23,022 bases of DNA from an uncultured Deferribacteres bacterium (GTDB taxonomy: Bacteria > Zhuqueibacterota > Zhuqueibacteria > Zhuqueibacterales > Geothermadaptataceae). The stretch is from the NCBI GenBank assembly GCA_964014485.1, contig CAXHAT010000133.1, positions 1 to 23,022 of the forward strand, written 5' to 3'. This document shows positions 1 to 9,062 of the stretch, piece by piece. The notes beneath the pieces are model-generated. The model saw only the letters and a program-made list of their open reading frames with translations, was not told the DNA's origin and ran no database searches. Positions within the stretch are counted from its first letter, which is position 1, and every line of letters starts with the position of its first letter. A program made the position numbers and the translations under genes.

Positions 1-242
1 GCAGTAACTTTCAGGTTGGGGCCGGCGGAAAGAAAATCCTGCGCAGCGCCCGTCCCGCGCCCGCCGCAGCCGATCAATCCTGCGGTCAACGGCTTGCCGT
101 CTGGCGCTTGATCAAGAAAAGCGGGCGTTGAACCTGCCAGTTTTCCGCCGCCTTCTCCGCTGCAACTGACGAGTACCGCGGTTGCCGCCGTTGCCGCCGC
201 GCCCATTTCCAAAAATTGCCTTCGGCTAAATTCTTTACTCAT
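1..242 (-). CDS. Tat-exported Gfo/Idh/MocA family oxidoreductase (5' part; runs off the window)
   Basis: Not in the ORF track; translated by hand from ATG at 242: MSKEFSRRQFLEMGAAATAATAVLVSCSGEGGG...LTAGLIGCGGRGTGAAQDFL. Shows the twin-arginine motif SRRQFL, a possible lipobox LVSC and the Rossmann motif GLIGCGGRG. Strong RBS GGGAGGAG upstream. Confidence 0.9.
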   Translation of the reverse strand, partial: MSKEFSRRQFLEMGAAATAATAVLVSCSGEGGGKLAGSTPAFLDQAPDGKPLTAGLIGCGGRGTGAAQDFLSAGPNLKVT

Positions 243-310
243 CGCTCTCCTCCCTGTGACACAAAATATGAAGAATAAATTCGCTGCTGCTCTTTCTCGC
301 TTAACTTAAA

Positions 311-339
311 AAGATAATGTCAGCGCCTGAGGCGGGCAA
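311..339 (-). promoter_or_regulatory. Putative sigma70 promoter of the oxidoreductase gene
   Basis: Minus strand TTGCCC-N17-TATCTT, about 70 nt upstream of the ATG at 242. Confidence 0.45.
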
Positions 340-417
340 GGCGAAAAACACAAGCAGGCAACAAGAGAATTTGCACGCGCGGCTTTCGCCATTTTAGTCA
401 AAATTTCTTACGAGCGC

Positions 418-1254
418 CTAACGTTGATACCGATTTCGCAAATGATTCAACAGATCGTGGTCTTGCTCGTTTTTCAATAACGCGCCCGCAAACGGCGGCA
501 TATCCTGATTGAGCTGAATTCCGCTCAACTCCTCCGCTTCCATCCTTCCAAGCGTTAATAGTTTAATCCAGTCGATCAACTCGCTGGTTGAAGGCTTTTT
601 TTTCACGCCGCGAACGTCGCGGATTTCGTAGAACAGGCGCATCGCGTCCGCCATCAATTTCTCGCCCAAATCCGGATAATGCACTTTGACAATTTCGCGC
701 ATTGTCTCTCGATCCGGGAAACGGATGTAGTGGAAAAAACAACGGCGCAGGAAAGCGTCCGGCAATTCTTTCTCGTTGTTGGAGGTGATGACAACAATCG
801 GGCGGCGCTTGGCCTTTACGGTTTCGTTCAGCTCGTAACAGAAAAATTCCATCTGATCCAATTCCAGAAGGAGGTCGTTCGGAAATTCGATGTCCGCCTT
901 GTCGATTTCATCGATGAGCAAGACAAGTTGATCATCCGTTTCAAAAGCTTCCCAAAGCTTGCCCTTTTTGATGTAGTTGCGAATTTCGTGGACGCGTTCC
1001 TCGCCAAGCTGCGAATCGCGGAGCCGAGAAACGGCGTCGTACTCATACAAGCCCTGTTGCGCCGTCGTCGTCGATTTCACATGCCAAGTGATGATGTTTT
1101 TGTCCAAAGCGTTAGCGATTTCGTGTGCAAGCAGCGTCTTTCCCGTGCCAGGCTCGCCTTTTATCAAAAGCGGCCTTTCGAGATCAATTGCCGCGTTGAC
1201 GGCGACGCGCAATTCCTGTGTTGCTACGTATGTTTCGGTTCCTTCGAATTTCAA
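418..1254 (-). CDS. MoxR-family AAA+ ATPase (short AAA_5 type)
   Basis: Walker A GEPGTGKT, Walker B LLIDEIDKAD, motifs YEYDAVSRLRDSQ, ITSNNEKELPDAFLRRC and KKPSTSELIDW. TTG start with AGGA upstream. Confidence 0.93.
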   Translation of the reverse strand: MKFEGTETYVATQELRVAVNAAIDLERPLLIKGEPGTGKTLLAHEIANALDKNIITWHVKSTTTAQQGLYEYDAVSRLRDSQLGEERVHEIRNYIKKGKLWEAFETDDQLVLLIDEIDKADIEFPNDLLLELDQMEFFCYELNETVKAKRRPIVVITSNNEKELPDAFLRRCFFHYIRFPDRETMREIVKVHYPDLGEKLMADAMRLFYEIRDVRGVKKKPSTSELIDWIKLLTLGRMEAEELSGIQLNQDMPPFAGALLKNEQDHDLLNHLRNRYQR

Positions 1255-1292
1255 TGGATTTCCTGTCTGGTTTTTACGATTCGCGCGAACGA

Positions 1293-1838
1293 CTATTTTG
1301 CAAAAACATAAAACAAAGTATAGCTTGCTTTCGAATCGTCATCATCCTCAATTTTTTGATCAAAAACATAACCTGATTTTTCGAAAGCTCGAACGCTTGC
1401 ATGGTTGTGATCCGGAATCAAGGCGAAAACCTGATCGCATCCTTTGGCGGAAACAGCGAAATTGGTGAGCAGTTCGATGACTTCTCCACCGATGCCCTGA
1501 CCCCATAAATCCTTTTCGCCGATCATCAATGCAATTCGGCGATTATCGAGATCCCAATACTCTTCTTTTAACTGTGAATTGTTCATTTTCTGCAGCCAGC
1601 ATTCGCCAATTTCACGCCCTTCATACTCAATAATGAAACAGTAAGCGGTCTGGGAAACGGTGCGATAAATTTTTTGCACTTGGCTCAAACTATATGAATC
1701 AATGTCGCCGCCTTCAACGATATAAAGCACGTCCGGGTCATTATTCCAACCGAGCAGGAAAATCCAATCGTCTTCGGTCATCGGCCGGAGACGCAATTTG
1801 TCATTTTCGAGAACGACGTCGTGTGACCGTAATTCCAT
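1293..1838 (-). CDS. GNAT family N-acetyltransferase (RimJ/RimL-like)
   Basis: LRLRPMTEDD N-terminus, acetyl-CoA motif IGEKDLWGQGIG, and NHASVRAFEKSGY. Confidence 0.9.
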   Translation of the reverse strand: MELRSHDVVLENDKLRLRPMTEDDWIFLLGWNNDPDVLYIVEGGDIDSYSLSQVQKIYRTVSQTAYCFIIEYEGREIGECWLQKMNNSQLKEEYWDLDNRRIALMIGEKDLWGQGIGGEVIELLTNFAVSAKGCDQVFALIPDHNHASVRAFEKSGYVFDQKIEDDDDSKASYTLFYVFAK

Positions 1839-2003
1839 TTATGGTCAAACGCTCCAGGTTTATGATAAGCTTGTTTTAATTTGCAAATTCCGACTGGCGG
1901 CTTTTCCTTAAGAAGCCAATCGGCGGAGTCAAACCAGACGATAAAGCAAGCAACTTCATGCGCGAAGTCAACGCTTTTAGCGCGAACTCATTGAGTGAAT
2001 TTC

Positions 2004-2336
2004 ATGGCTATGCGATTCAAAAATATTTTCCTTCACGCCGTGCGTAATCCCCGCGCCGTCATCCCTTTCATTCTCACTTTACCAAGCCATTTTCGGCTCG
2101 TCTCCAAGCTCATGGCCGATCCGCGCGTTTTACTTGTTCCGAAGCTGCTTTTCCTTGGCTCATTACTCTATCTTGTCTCGCCTTTCGACCTCATTCCAGA
2201 TTTTCTTGTGCCCGTACTCGGCTGGACGGACGACCTTTTCATCGTTCTTTCCGCAGCCAAACATCTAATCACCGTCAGCCCTCCTGAAGTTGTTGAAGAA
2301 CATGTACATGAAATTCGGGCCAAATCCGGGAAATAA
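2004..2336 (+). CDS. YkvA/DUF1232 family membrane protein
   Basis: Signature YLVSPFDLIPDFLVPVLGWTDD preceded by DPRVxxxPK. Start could be 1995, 2004 or 2010. Confidence 0.88.
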   Translation: MAMRFKNIFLHAVRNPRAVIPFILTLPSHFRLVSKLMADPRVLLVPKLLFLGSLLYLVSPFDLIPDFLVPVLGWTDDLFIVLSAAKHLITVSPPEVVEEHVHEIRAKSGK

Positions 2337-2462
2337 CGCCGTTTCCCCGCTCTTAGACAGAATACAAATTCATAATTCTCCGCGATTTGAGCGATTGCGG
2401 GTAAAGCATTCAACAATTCAAAACTTGCACTCAATACCAAGCAAAACATCAGGAAGGACGTT

Positions 2463-2648
2463 ATGAAATATCGAGTTTGCTGGAAGGAACGTTTAACCGG
2501 CAAGGTTTACAAGGACGAACTTTACACTAGCCTTGAGCGCGTCGAGGACATTATGCGCGAACTGAGCGCCGAGTATTCGCATTTCTACTGGATTGAAGAC
2601 GAAATCGGCAATTACGTTTGCTCCGACGAATACATTCTCTACGCCTAA
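2463..2648 (+). CDS. Small hypothetical protein (61 aa)
   Basis: ATG with RBS AGGAAGGA, protein-like composition, followed by a terminator-like hairpin. Confidence 0.7.
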   Translation: MKYRVCWKERLTGKVYKDELYTSLERVEDIMRELSAEYSHFYWIEDEIGNYVCSDEYILYA

Positions 2649-2692
2649 CCCGCCGATACATTTCTTTTAAAACTTCTTTACGAAAAATCAAG

Positions 2693-2744
2693 AGTTCCGC
2701 GCTCCTTCGGGCTTTGTCCTGAGGCGAGTAGCGGAACTTTTTTT
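2693..2744 (+). terminator. Rho-independent terminator
   Basis: Outer stem AGTTCCGC...GCGGAACT, inner stem CTTCGGG/CCTGAGG, then a run of T. Confidence 0.7.
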
Positions 2745-2828
2745 GTTGCCCCTTTCTCCTTGCCGCCTTATGTTTTTCCAAATTTTAAACGCTTTCTAAC
2801 ACATCATTCAGCCAAAATCCAAGAGCTC

Positions 2829-2856
2829 GTAGGGGTTCAAGATCTTGACCCCCTAC
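2829..2856. repeat. GTAG-type REP-like palindrome
   Basis: GTAGGGGTTCAAGA|TCTTGACCCCCTAC, 14-bp arms with 1 mismatch, GTAG...CTAC ends, intergenic. Confidence 0.7.
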
Positions 2857-2946
2857 ATATTGCAATGTCTGTGATTCGGAGATCATATTAAGAACAGCAA
2901 ATACTATAAGGATGGCTTTTAAAAACACAAAAGGAGAGAAAAGGAA

Positions 2947-4953
2947 ATGATACTAAAAAAGGACTTTAGGCTTTTGAGCTTGGGGGTTTTTATTATTTTC
3001 ATTGCTTCCGCAACCAAGGTTTTTGCTCAGGAAAAAGCAATCACGCCTGAAATGGTCGCCGATCTCAAAAGCGTTCGGCAAGTTGCGCTGAGCCCGGACG
3101 CCAAACATGTCGCTTACATTCTAAGCACGCCGCGCAATGCCGAAGACGAAATCGGCTCGAATTATTCAGAAATTTGGCTCGTCTCAACTGACGGCGGCGC
3201 GGCGCGTCAATTTACTTTCAAGCCGATCAACGCCAGTCAGGTGCAGTGGTCGCCTGGCGGAGAAAAAATTTCTTTTCGATCAACAAGAAAAGATTTTGAT
3301 GAAAACGCGCAAGTTTACGCCATTTCCATTCACGGCGGTGAAGCGGCGGCAGTCACCAACCACAATGCCAGCGTCGGGAGCTACGCCTGGTCGCCGGACG
3401 GCAAGATGATCGCTTTCACCAGCCGCGATCCGGAATCTGAAGAAGTGAAAAAAGCCAAAAAGCGCGGCGCGGATCAGATTGTCGTCGATGAGAATTTCCG
3501 TCACAATCGTCTCTGGGTTTGGAACGTTGAAACCGGCGAAGCGCACAAAGCTTACGACGCCGACATGACAACATGGGCCTTTACCTGGGCTCCCGACGGC
3601 GCAACACTGGCAATCCAGGCGACCGAGACTACGCTGATCGACGATTCTTACATGTACAAAAAGATTTATACCGTCGACGCGAAGGGCGGAGAACCAAAAC
3701 TTTTGTGCAAAACTGAAGGCAAGCTTGGCGGCATGGCCTTCTCCCCTGACGGCTCCCAACTTGCATTCGCCGGCGCCGTCGACTTGAGCGATCCAATTGC
3801 CCAAAGCACGTTTGTCGTTTCCGCTAACGGCGGCGAGCCTCGCAACTTGACCGAGGGCTACCAAGGCTCAGTCAACGGTATTGTTTGGGCCGACGATAAA
3901 TCGCTCCTGGCTTTCGCGACGGAAGGAACCCACTCCGTTTTCAAAACCGTCAATGTAGAAAACGGCAACGAAAAGGCGGTTCTTAGCAACGGGCCGGTCG
4001 CGGCCTCATTTGATTTTAACCGCAAATCCGGGAAATTCGCGCTGGTCGCAAGCACGCCGTCTCACCCTGCGGAAGCGTACGTCACTTCCCTGAAAAACGG
4101 CGGGGTAAAACGCTTGACCAACAGCAATCCGGAACTCGCCGAGGTTCGAATGGCCAAGCAAGAAGTCGTTACATGGAACGGGCCGGACGGCTTGGAAATT
4201 GAAGGCGTTCTTACTTATCCGCTCGATTACAAATCCGGTCAAAAATACCCACTCGTCCTGCAAATTCACGGCGGGCCGGAAGGCGTGAGCTTAAACGACT
4301 GGCGCACTCGTGCAGGTTATCCGGTGCAAGTCATCGCGGCGAACGGATATTTTGTGCTTGAGCCGAATTATCGCGGCAGCGGCGGCAAAGGCGTGGCGTT
4401 TTCAAAGGCCGATCACGACGATCTTGGCGGCAAAGAATTCCAGGACGTTTTGAATGGCGTAGACGCCTTGATCGAGCGCGGCCTTGTTGACGGCGAGCGA
4501 ATCGGAACGGGCGGATGGTCTTACGGCGGGTATTTTTCCGCCTGGGCGGCAACAAAGCATTCGAAGCGTTTCAAAGCTTCGGTCATGGCCGCAGGCATTT
4601 CGAACTGGGTTTCATTTTCCGGCACGACCGACATCCCTCACGAGATGGCGCTCGTCCATTGGAATTCGTACTGGTATACCGAGCGTGACTTGCACTGGGA
4701 GCGTTCGCCTTTGTATCACATCAAAAACGCCCAAACGCCGACCTTGGTGGTTCACGGCCAAAAAGACGTTCGCGTGCACCCCGGGCAAGGGATGGAGATG
4801 TATCAAAGTCTCAAGCACAACGGCGTACCGACAAAACTCATCCTTTACCCGCGCGAACCCCACGGCTTGACCGAGCGCGAGCACAAAATTGACTACATCC
4901 GCCGCGTCGTAGACTGGTACAATCGCTACTTGCAGCAACAAGGAACCAATTAG
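2947..4953 (+). CDS. S9 family serine peptidase (acylaminoacyl/dipeptidyl aminopeptidase), secreted
   Basis: Signal peptide (VFA-Q), WSPDG/FSPDG beta-propeller repeats, HGGP, NYRGS, nucleophile GWSYGG, Asp in HGQKDVRV, His in YPREPHG. RBS AGGAG/AAGG. Confidence 0.96.
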   Translation: MILKKDFRLLSLGVFIIFIASATKVFAQEKAITPEMVADLKSVRQVALSPDAKHVAYILSTPRNAEDEIGSNYSEIWLVSTDGGAARQFTFKPINASQVQWSPGGEKISFRSTRKDFDENAQVYAISIHGGEAAAVTNHNASVGSYAWSPDGKMIAFTSRDPESEEVKKAKKRGADQIVVDENFRHNRLWVWNVETGEAHKAYDADMTTWAFTWAPDGATLAIQATETTLIDDSYMYKKIYTVDAKGGEPKLLCKTEGKLGGMAFSPDGSQLAFAGAVDLSDPIAQSTFVVSANGGEPRNLTEGYQGSVNGIVWADDKSLLAFATEGTHSVFKTVNVENGNEKAVLSNGPVAASFDFNRKSGKFALVASTPSHPAEAYVTSLKNGGVKRLTNSNPELAEVRMAKQEVVTWNGPDGLEIEGVLTYPLDYKSGQKYPLVLQIHGGPEGVSLNDWRTRAGYPVQVIAANGYFVLEPNYRGSGGKGVAFSKADHDDLGGKEFQDVLNGVDALIERGLVDGERIGTGGWSYGGYFSAWAATKHSKRFKASVMAAGISNWVSFSGTTDIPHEMALVHWNSYWYTERDLHWERSPLYHIKNAQTPTLVVHGQKDVRVHPGQGMEMYQSLKHNGVPTKLILYPREPHGLTEREHKIDYIRRVVDWYNRYLQQQGTN

Positions 4954-4955
4954 CT

Positions 4956-6509
4956 TTGAATTTTTCATCATTTTGTAAAAGCGCTTGCCTGGTCGCAAGC
5001 GCTTTTGTTTTCTCGACATGCGCTCGCGACCGCGCGCCCAATTTCCCCGTTTTACCCGGCGAATCCGAGCCCGGAACTTTTGTTGTTCATCAGGAAAATT
5101 TCACCAGTTACGAAGAGTCTTTTTCTGCTGACTACGGTACGATTGTCGTTCCTGAATCTGAGCATAACGAGCGTTTGTTGCAACTCCGCCTCATCCGCGT
5201 TCGAGCGAAACAGCAGAACGAGAACCCGCCGATTTTTTACTTTGGACCCGGGCCGGGGCAAAGCAATTTGGCCTTCCAGCCGCCGCCAAAACTTTTGGAA
5301 AAGCATGATTTCATTATGGTCGGGTATCGCGGCGTAGATAATTTGGGGCCGATTTATTGTCCTGAAATCGATCACGCTTTTCTAGGCCAAAAAGACAATC
5401 TTGGCCAACAGACACGCGATTCGCTCTCAGCGGCAGCGGCCAAGTGCGTCGCCAATTTGCAAACCCTGGGAATAGCTCTCGATGATTATAGCATAGCAAA
5501 GGTTCTTGAAGACGTTGAAAAAGTTCGAGAAGCTCTCGGCTTTCAAAAAATCCATATTTTGGGAGAAGCGTTCGGCGGGCGAATTGCGTCGCTCTATAGT
5601 GAAAAATTCCCCGAGGTTATCGAAAGAATGGTCTTACTCGCGCCGTCTATTCCTCAAAAGACGCTGCTGACCGGAGAAGAAGTTGACTCACAACTTGTAA
5701 GCCTGGTGGAAAACTGGCAAAGCAGCCCGGCGAGCAAAAACCGGCGAATCGATTTTGGGAGCGTCTTGCAAAACGCACCGGAGCACTGGCTTATTTTCCG
5801 CATTGATCCCGGAAAAGTGCGCACAGCTTCTTACTTTATGCTTCGTCATCGCCACTCAGCAGCCATGGTTTTAGACGCATTTGCTGCAGCCGGAGAAGGC
5901 GACGCCAGCGGCCTTGCACTGCTTTCCCAAGCCTATGACATGCTCATCCCTTCTTCGGCCAATTGGGCTGATTTTCTCGCCAAAATGGAAACTTGGGAAG
6001 AATTTGGTCTTGAACAATACGCTGCTCAAGGAACCGGCGTTGGAGCGCCTTTATCGGAACTGCTTTCCGGAGCAAGCGCATTCTCTCCCGAGGGCATTGA
6101 CGAGCAACGTGCACCAACGGACACAACCAACGCAACAGAAACGTTGATTTTTACCGGCGATTTTGACGTGACAACGTCAGCGAGTGAAATTGAGCGAAGC
6201 TATCTTGCGTCAATGCCGAATGCAAAGCAAATCATATTAGTCGACCTTGGGCATACGACGGACATTTGGAGTGTAAATCCGGCGGGAATTCAAGACGCAA
6301 TTGTGAGTTTTTTCGGCGGCGCAACCATGGAAAGTCATTTTGGTTTTGATACGCCGCCAATAGAATTTGAGGTGGGAGTAAGCTTTCCAAAAGCAGCCAA
6401 GATCGCGGTAGCGCTTGCGTTATTGGTCCTGACGCTCATTGTTGGCGGTTTCATTTTCATAGCCAAGCTGTTTAAGCACAAGCCCGCCTATCGCCAGCCC
6501 ACAAACTAA
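4956..6509 (+). CDS. Alpha/beta hydrolase, TAP/S33-like, with signal or lipoprotein N-terminus and C-terminal TM helix; nucleophile Ser replaced by Ala
   Basis: PPIFYFGPGPGQS, GYRGVD, DVEKVREALG..KIHILGEAFGG, GDFDVTT, LGH, C-terminal hydrophobic helix IAVALALLVLTLIVGGFIFI. Starts 2 nt after the S9 stop. Confidence 0.85.
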   Translation: MNFSSFCKSACLVASAFVFSTCARDRAPNFPVLPGESEPGTFVVHQENFTSYEESFSADYGTIVVPESEHNERLLQLRLIRVRAKQQNENPPIFYFGPGPGQSNLAFQPPPKLLEKHDFIMVGYRGVDNLGPIYCPEIDHAFLGQKDNLGQQTRDSLSAAAAKCVANLQTLGIALDDYSIAKVLEDVEKVREALGFQKIHILGEAFGGRIASLYSEKFPEVIERMVLLAPSIPQKTLLTGEEVDSQLVSLVENWQSSPASKNRRIDFGSVLQNAPEHWLIFRIDPGKVRTASYFMLRHRHSAAMVLDAFAAAGEGDASGLALLSQAYDMLIPSSANWADFLAKMETWEEFGLEQYAAQGTGVGAPLSELLSGASAFSPEGIDEQRAPTDTTNATETLIFTGDFDVTTSASEIERSYLASMPNAKQIILVDLGHTTDIWSVNPAGIQDAIVSFFGGATMESHFGFDTPPIEFEVGVSFPKAAKIAVALALLVLTLIVGGFIFIAKLFKHKPAYRQPTN

Positions 6510-6541
6510 AGAGCGTTTGTCGCCCTTGTTCCTTCGGTTTC

Positions 6542-7573
6542 TTACCTTTCTTGCGGCGTCTTGATCACGAACAGATAATACCAGTCGTCGAAATTCGCGA
6601 GCAAGTCAATGGTGGCCGTGGTTGCGATTTCGCCAAACCATTCCTGCATGAATCGCTTTTTGGCCGGAGCGCGGAGACCGCCGTTCATTCTTAGGTGAAG
6701 CATGAAAGCCGCGAAATTATTTCTACGCTCATCGCGCGCACGAAAACCGATCGTCTCGCCAAGCGTGTAGCGAGCTCGTTTGAAAGACGCTTCGAACGCC
6801 TCCGACGCAACGCGATGCGCTTCGGTTAAACCTGAGCTTCGCGTTTTCCAAAGTTCCGAACTTTTGATCGCTTGCGCCAAATCGGCTTGGCTTGTCGTCA
6901 AGTTCACGCCTTCTGACGGCAGTTTTTCGGCGCGATACAAAATCAATCCGGCCGCTCCGCTGGCAACGACCAACTGTGCAAGCTCTTCGAGGTTGGCGCC
7001 GCCAGCTTTCGCGCTGAATTGCAGATTATCAAATGAAGTGACTTGCAAGCCGGTGCTACTGCCGCTCCGAGCTGAATCAGGTAAAACCAAGTCGCTCAGG
7101 CGAAGTCCGCTTCCGTAATTTGGAGCAGCCTGTCGCTGCGGCGCAGCAGTATCCGACGGCGGATTGTCTCGAGGAATTCGCTTGAATTCGTTATCCAAAA
7201 CACCTCGCTGAACGTCTTGTTCTTCGGGAATGTCCGTCTGGACAACTTCTCCCGGAGCGCTGAATTCATCGCCCTTGATTTTGAGATATTCATTGACCGA
7301 AACGTAAGACACAGCCTTGCCGTCAAAAATTCTGATTGCACGAACTTCGCCGCGCGGCATCTCCTGCCCGAATGTGTATCGATCCCTGCTGTGCAGCGCT
7401 TCGAAAATGATAATATCATCGCCAATTTCCAGAATTTCGCAAGGAACTTCAGTGCCGTCCTGAAGGACGATGGCTTCACTCGCGGCGTCCTTCATCATAA
7501 AACTGGCGCACGCCGTCAGACAAAACATTCCCGATAGATATAAAATCCGTGTTGCCGCAACCTTCAATTTCAT
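6542..7573 (-). CDS. Hypothetical lipoprotein
   Basis: Long ORF; ATG at 7573 with AAGGG RBS; lipobox LTAC; small beta domain IVLQDGTEVPCEILEI followed by a low-complexity linker and a helical C-terminus. Confidence 0.75.
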   Translation of the reverse strand: MKLKVAATRILYLSGMFCLTACASFMMKDAASEAIVLQDGTEVPCEILEIGDDIIIFEALHSRDRYTFGQEMPRGEVRAIRIFDGKAVSYVSVNEYLKIKGDEFSAPGEVVQTDIPEEQDVQRGVLDNEFKRIPRDNPPSDTAAPQRQAAPNYGSGLRLSDLVLPDSARSGSSTGLQVTSFDNLQFSAKAGGANLEELAQLVVASGAAGLILYRAEKLPSEGVNLTTSQADLAQAIKSSELWKTRSSGLTEAHRVASEAFEASFKRARYTLGETIGFRARDERRNNFAAFMLHLRMNGGLRAPAKKRFMQEWFGEIATTATIDLLANFDDWYYLFVIKTPQER

Positions 7574-7598
7574 TGACAAACCCTTACAGATCAAACAT

Positions 7599-7635
7599 AA
7601 AAAAGCAGATCGCCGTGAACGAACGATCTGCTTTT
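7599..7635 (-). terminator. Rho-independent terminator after the FadL-like gene
   Basis: AAAAGCAGATCG-N11-CGATCTGCTTTT perfect 12-bp stem; T-run on the minus strand. Confidence 0.8.
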
Positions 7636-7660
7636 AAATTTTCAAGAATTTTAGCCGTAA

Positions 7661-8962
7661 TTAGAAACGAAAAGACACGGTCGCGAACAATTTATTCAGT
7701 GTAACTTCTTCTTTTAAATCCGTCACAAAATTGTTCAACGCACCGCTCTCTTCCGTCCATGTGCCGTAAACATAAGCAATGTCTAACTTGATTTGCTTAT
7801 CGATCAAAAATCCAACCCCGGCGCTGTAATATTCTCTGTCTCCTACGCCGTCATTTTCAATTTCGATGGCGGGATCAAAATAGTACCCCGCGCGCAATTG
7901 CGTGAAAGTGCCGGGCAAAGTGAATTCAGCGCCAAGCCGAACTCTTTGCGTAGCCTGGTAGTTATTTCTAATTTCCTGGTTCGCGTCTTCCCGTGAAACA
8001 TCGTCGATTGGCGGATCAGTGAGAAATTCGATTTGCGTCCAATCGTTGAACTCAAGCTGTCCGGATACAACGAAATTCGCAAAAGAAACGGAAGCTCCAA
8101 CGGTTGCAGTCAAAGGCGAGCGGATTTTATACTCGACGCTGCCGTCGTCGCCTACGAATTCATCATCTTCTTCATCAAATGTCGTTTCTTCCGTCGTTTG
8201 CCAAGCTTCCGTGATTTTCAGGCGAGTCGGGGTCGAGATCGTGCCTGACAATCTGATGGCGCGGTTTAAATGATAGAGTGCGCCAAACGTCATATTGAAG
8301 CCGCTCAACTGGCTGTCGATTAAATCATCCTGCCTGTAATCGTGAAAAGTGTAAATGTCTTCCGTATCGTCTTCAAACAGCGTAAAGCTGTAGTTGTCGT
8401 TTCCGGACCAAAAATTGAGCCCAACGCCGGCGGACAGACTAGGCGAAAGATCAATCGCACCGCCGACCGTCCAATTGTTCAGGCTGCCTGTTTCCGTTTC
8501 AAGCCAAGATTGGCTGACGGAATCGTCTGGGAGAGAGTTAAATACGTCAGACAACGCAAAGTTGGAGTCGAAACTTTTTACCCGATTATAACCAAAACTC
8601 AAAACCATGCTTCCACGATAAGTCGGTACCGGATATGCAAAGCCGATTTCGCTCAATCTTGTTTTGTTAAATTCATCGTTGGTGGAAATTTCAGAATTAA
8701 AGGATGCAAGGTTTTCACGCTGAAGATGCGTTACGCCGCCGGTAAACTCAAAACGCCGTATTTGCGCCAATGCGGCTGGATTCCAAAAACTTGCGGTATA
8801 ATCTTCGCCGACTGCGCTGTACGCGCCGCCCATTGCAATCGCACGGGCGCCGACGCCGAATTGAATGCCATTTCTAAAAATATCTTCCTGTGAAAACAGC
8901 GTTGACGTAAAAACGCACAGCGCAGCCGCAGGAAGAAGCGTACGTAGCCATTTATATTTCAT
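7661..8962 (-). CDS. OmpP1/FadL-type outer membrane beta-barrel protein
   Basis: Signal peptide, GVGARAIAMGGAYSAVGEDYTASFWNPAALA hatch/NPA motif, LRAGY, IDIAY-like strand KLDIAY, C-terminal Phe (VSFRF). Confidence 0.9.
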   Translation of the reverse strand: MKYKWLRTLLPAAALCVFTSTLFSQEDIFRNGIQFGVGARAIAMGGAYSAVGEDYTASFWNPAALAQIRRFEFTGGVTHLQRENLASFNSEISTNDEFNKTRLSEIGFAYPVPTYRGSMVLSFGYNRVKSFDSNFALSDVFNSLPDDSVSQSWLETETGSLNNWTVGGAIDLSPSLSAGVGLNFWSGNDNYSFTLFEDDTEDIYTFHDYRQDDLIDSQLSGFNMTFGALYHLNRAIRLSGTISTPTRLKITEAWQTTEETTFDEEDDEFVGDDGSVEYKIRSPLTATVGASVSFANFVVSGQLEFNDWTQIEFLTDPPIDDVSREDANQEIRNNYQATQRVRLGAEFTLPGTFTQLRAGYYFDPAIEIENDGVGDREYYSAGVGFLIDKQIKLDIAYVYGTWTEESGALNNFVTDLKEEVTLNKLFATVSFRF

Positions 8963-9000
8963 TCTCTGCTCCTTGCGAGAATATAGTCACAATTATTCAA

Positions 9001-9041
9001 TTTTAACTCTGACAGGGTTCTCAACCCTGTCAGAGTTAAAA
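9001..9041. repeat. Perfect 19-bp inverted repeat (REP-like, or bidirectional terminator / mRNA stabiliser)
   Basis: TTTTAACTCTGACAGGGTT-CTC-AACCCTGTCAGAGTTAAAA between two co-oriented genes. Confidence 0.8.
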
Positions 9042-9062
9042 AATATTCTAAAAAGTTGTCGA

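Noticed and set aside
679..1468. Plus-strand ORFs of 210 and 163 aa
   Set aside because: Antisense to the well-supported MoxR and GNAT genes, with no recognisable motifs.
1890..1925. Weak hairpin between the divergent GNAT and DUF1232 genes
   Set aside because: Imperfect stem with no T-tail; insufficient support for a terminator or ncRNA.
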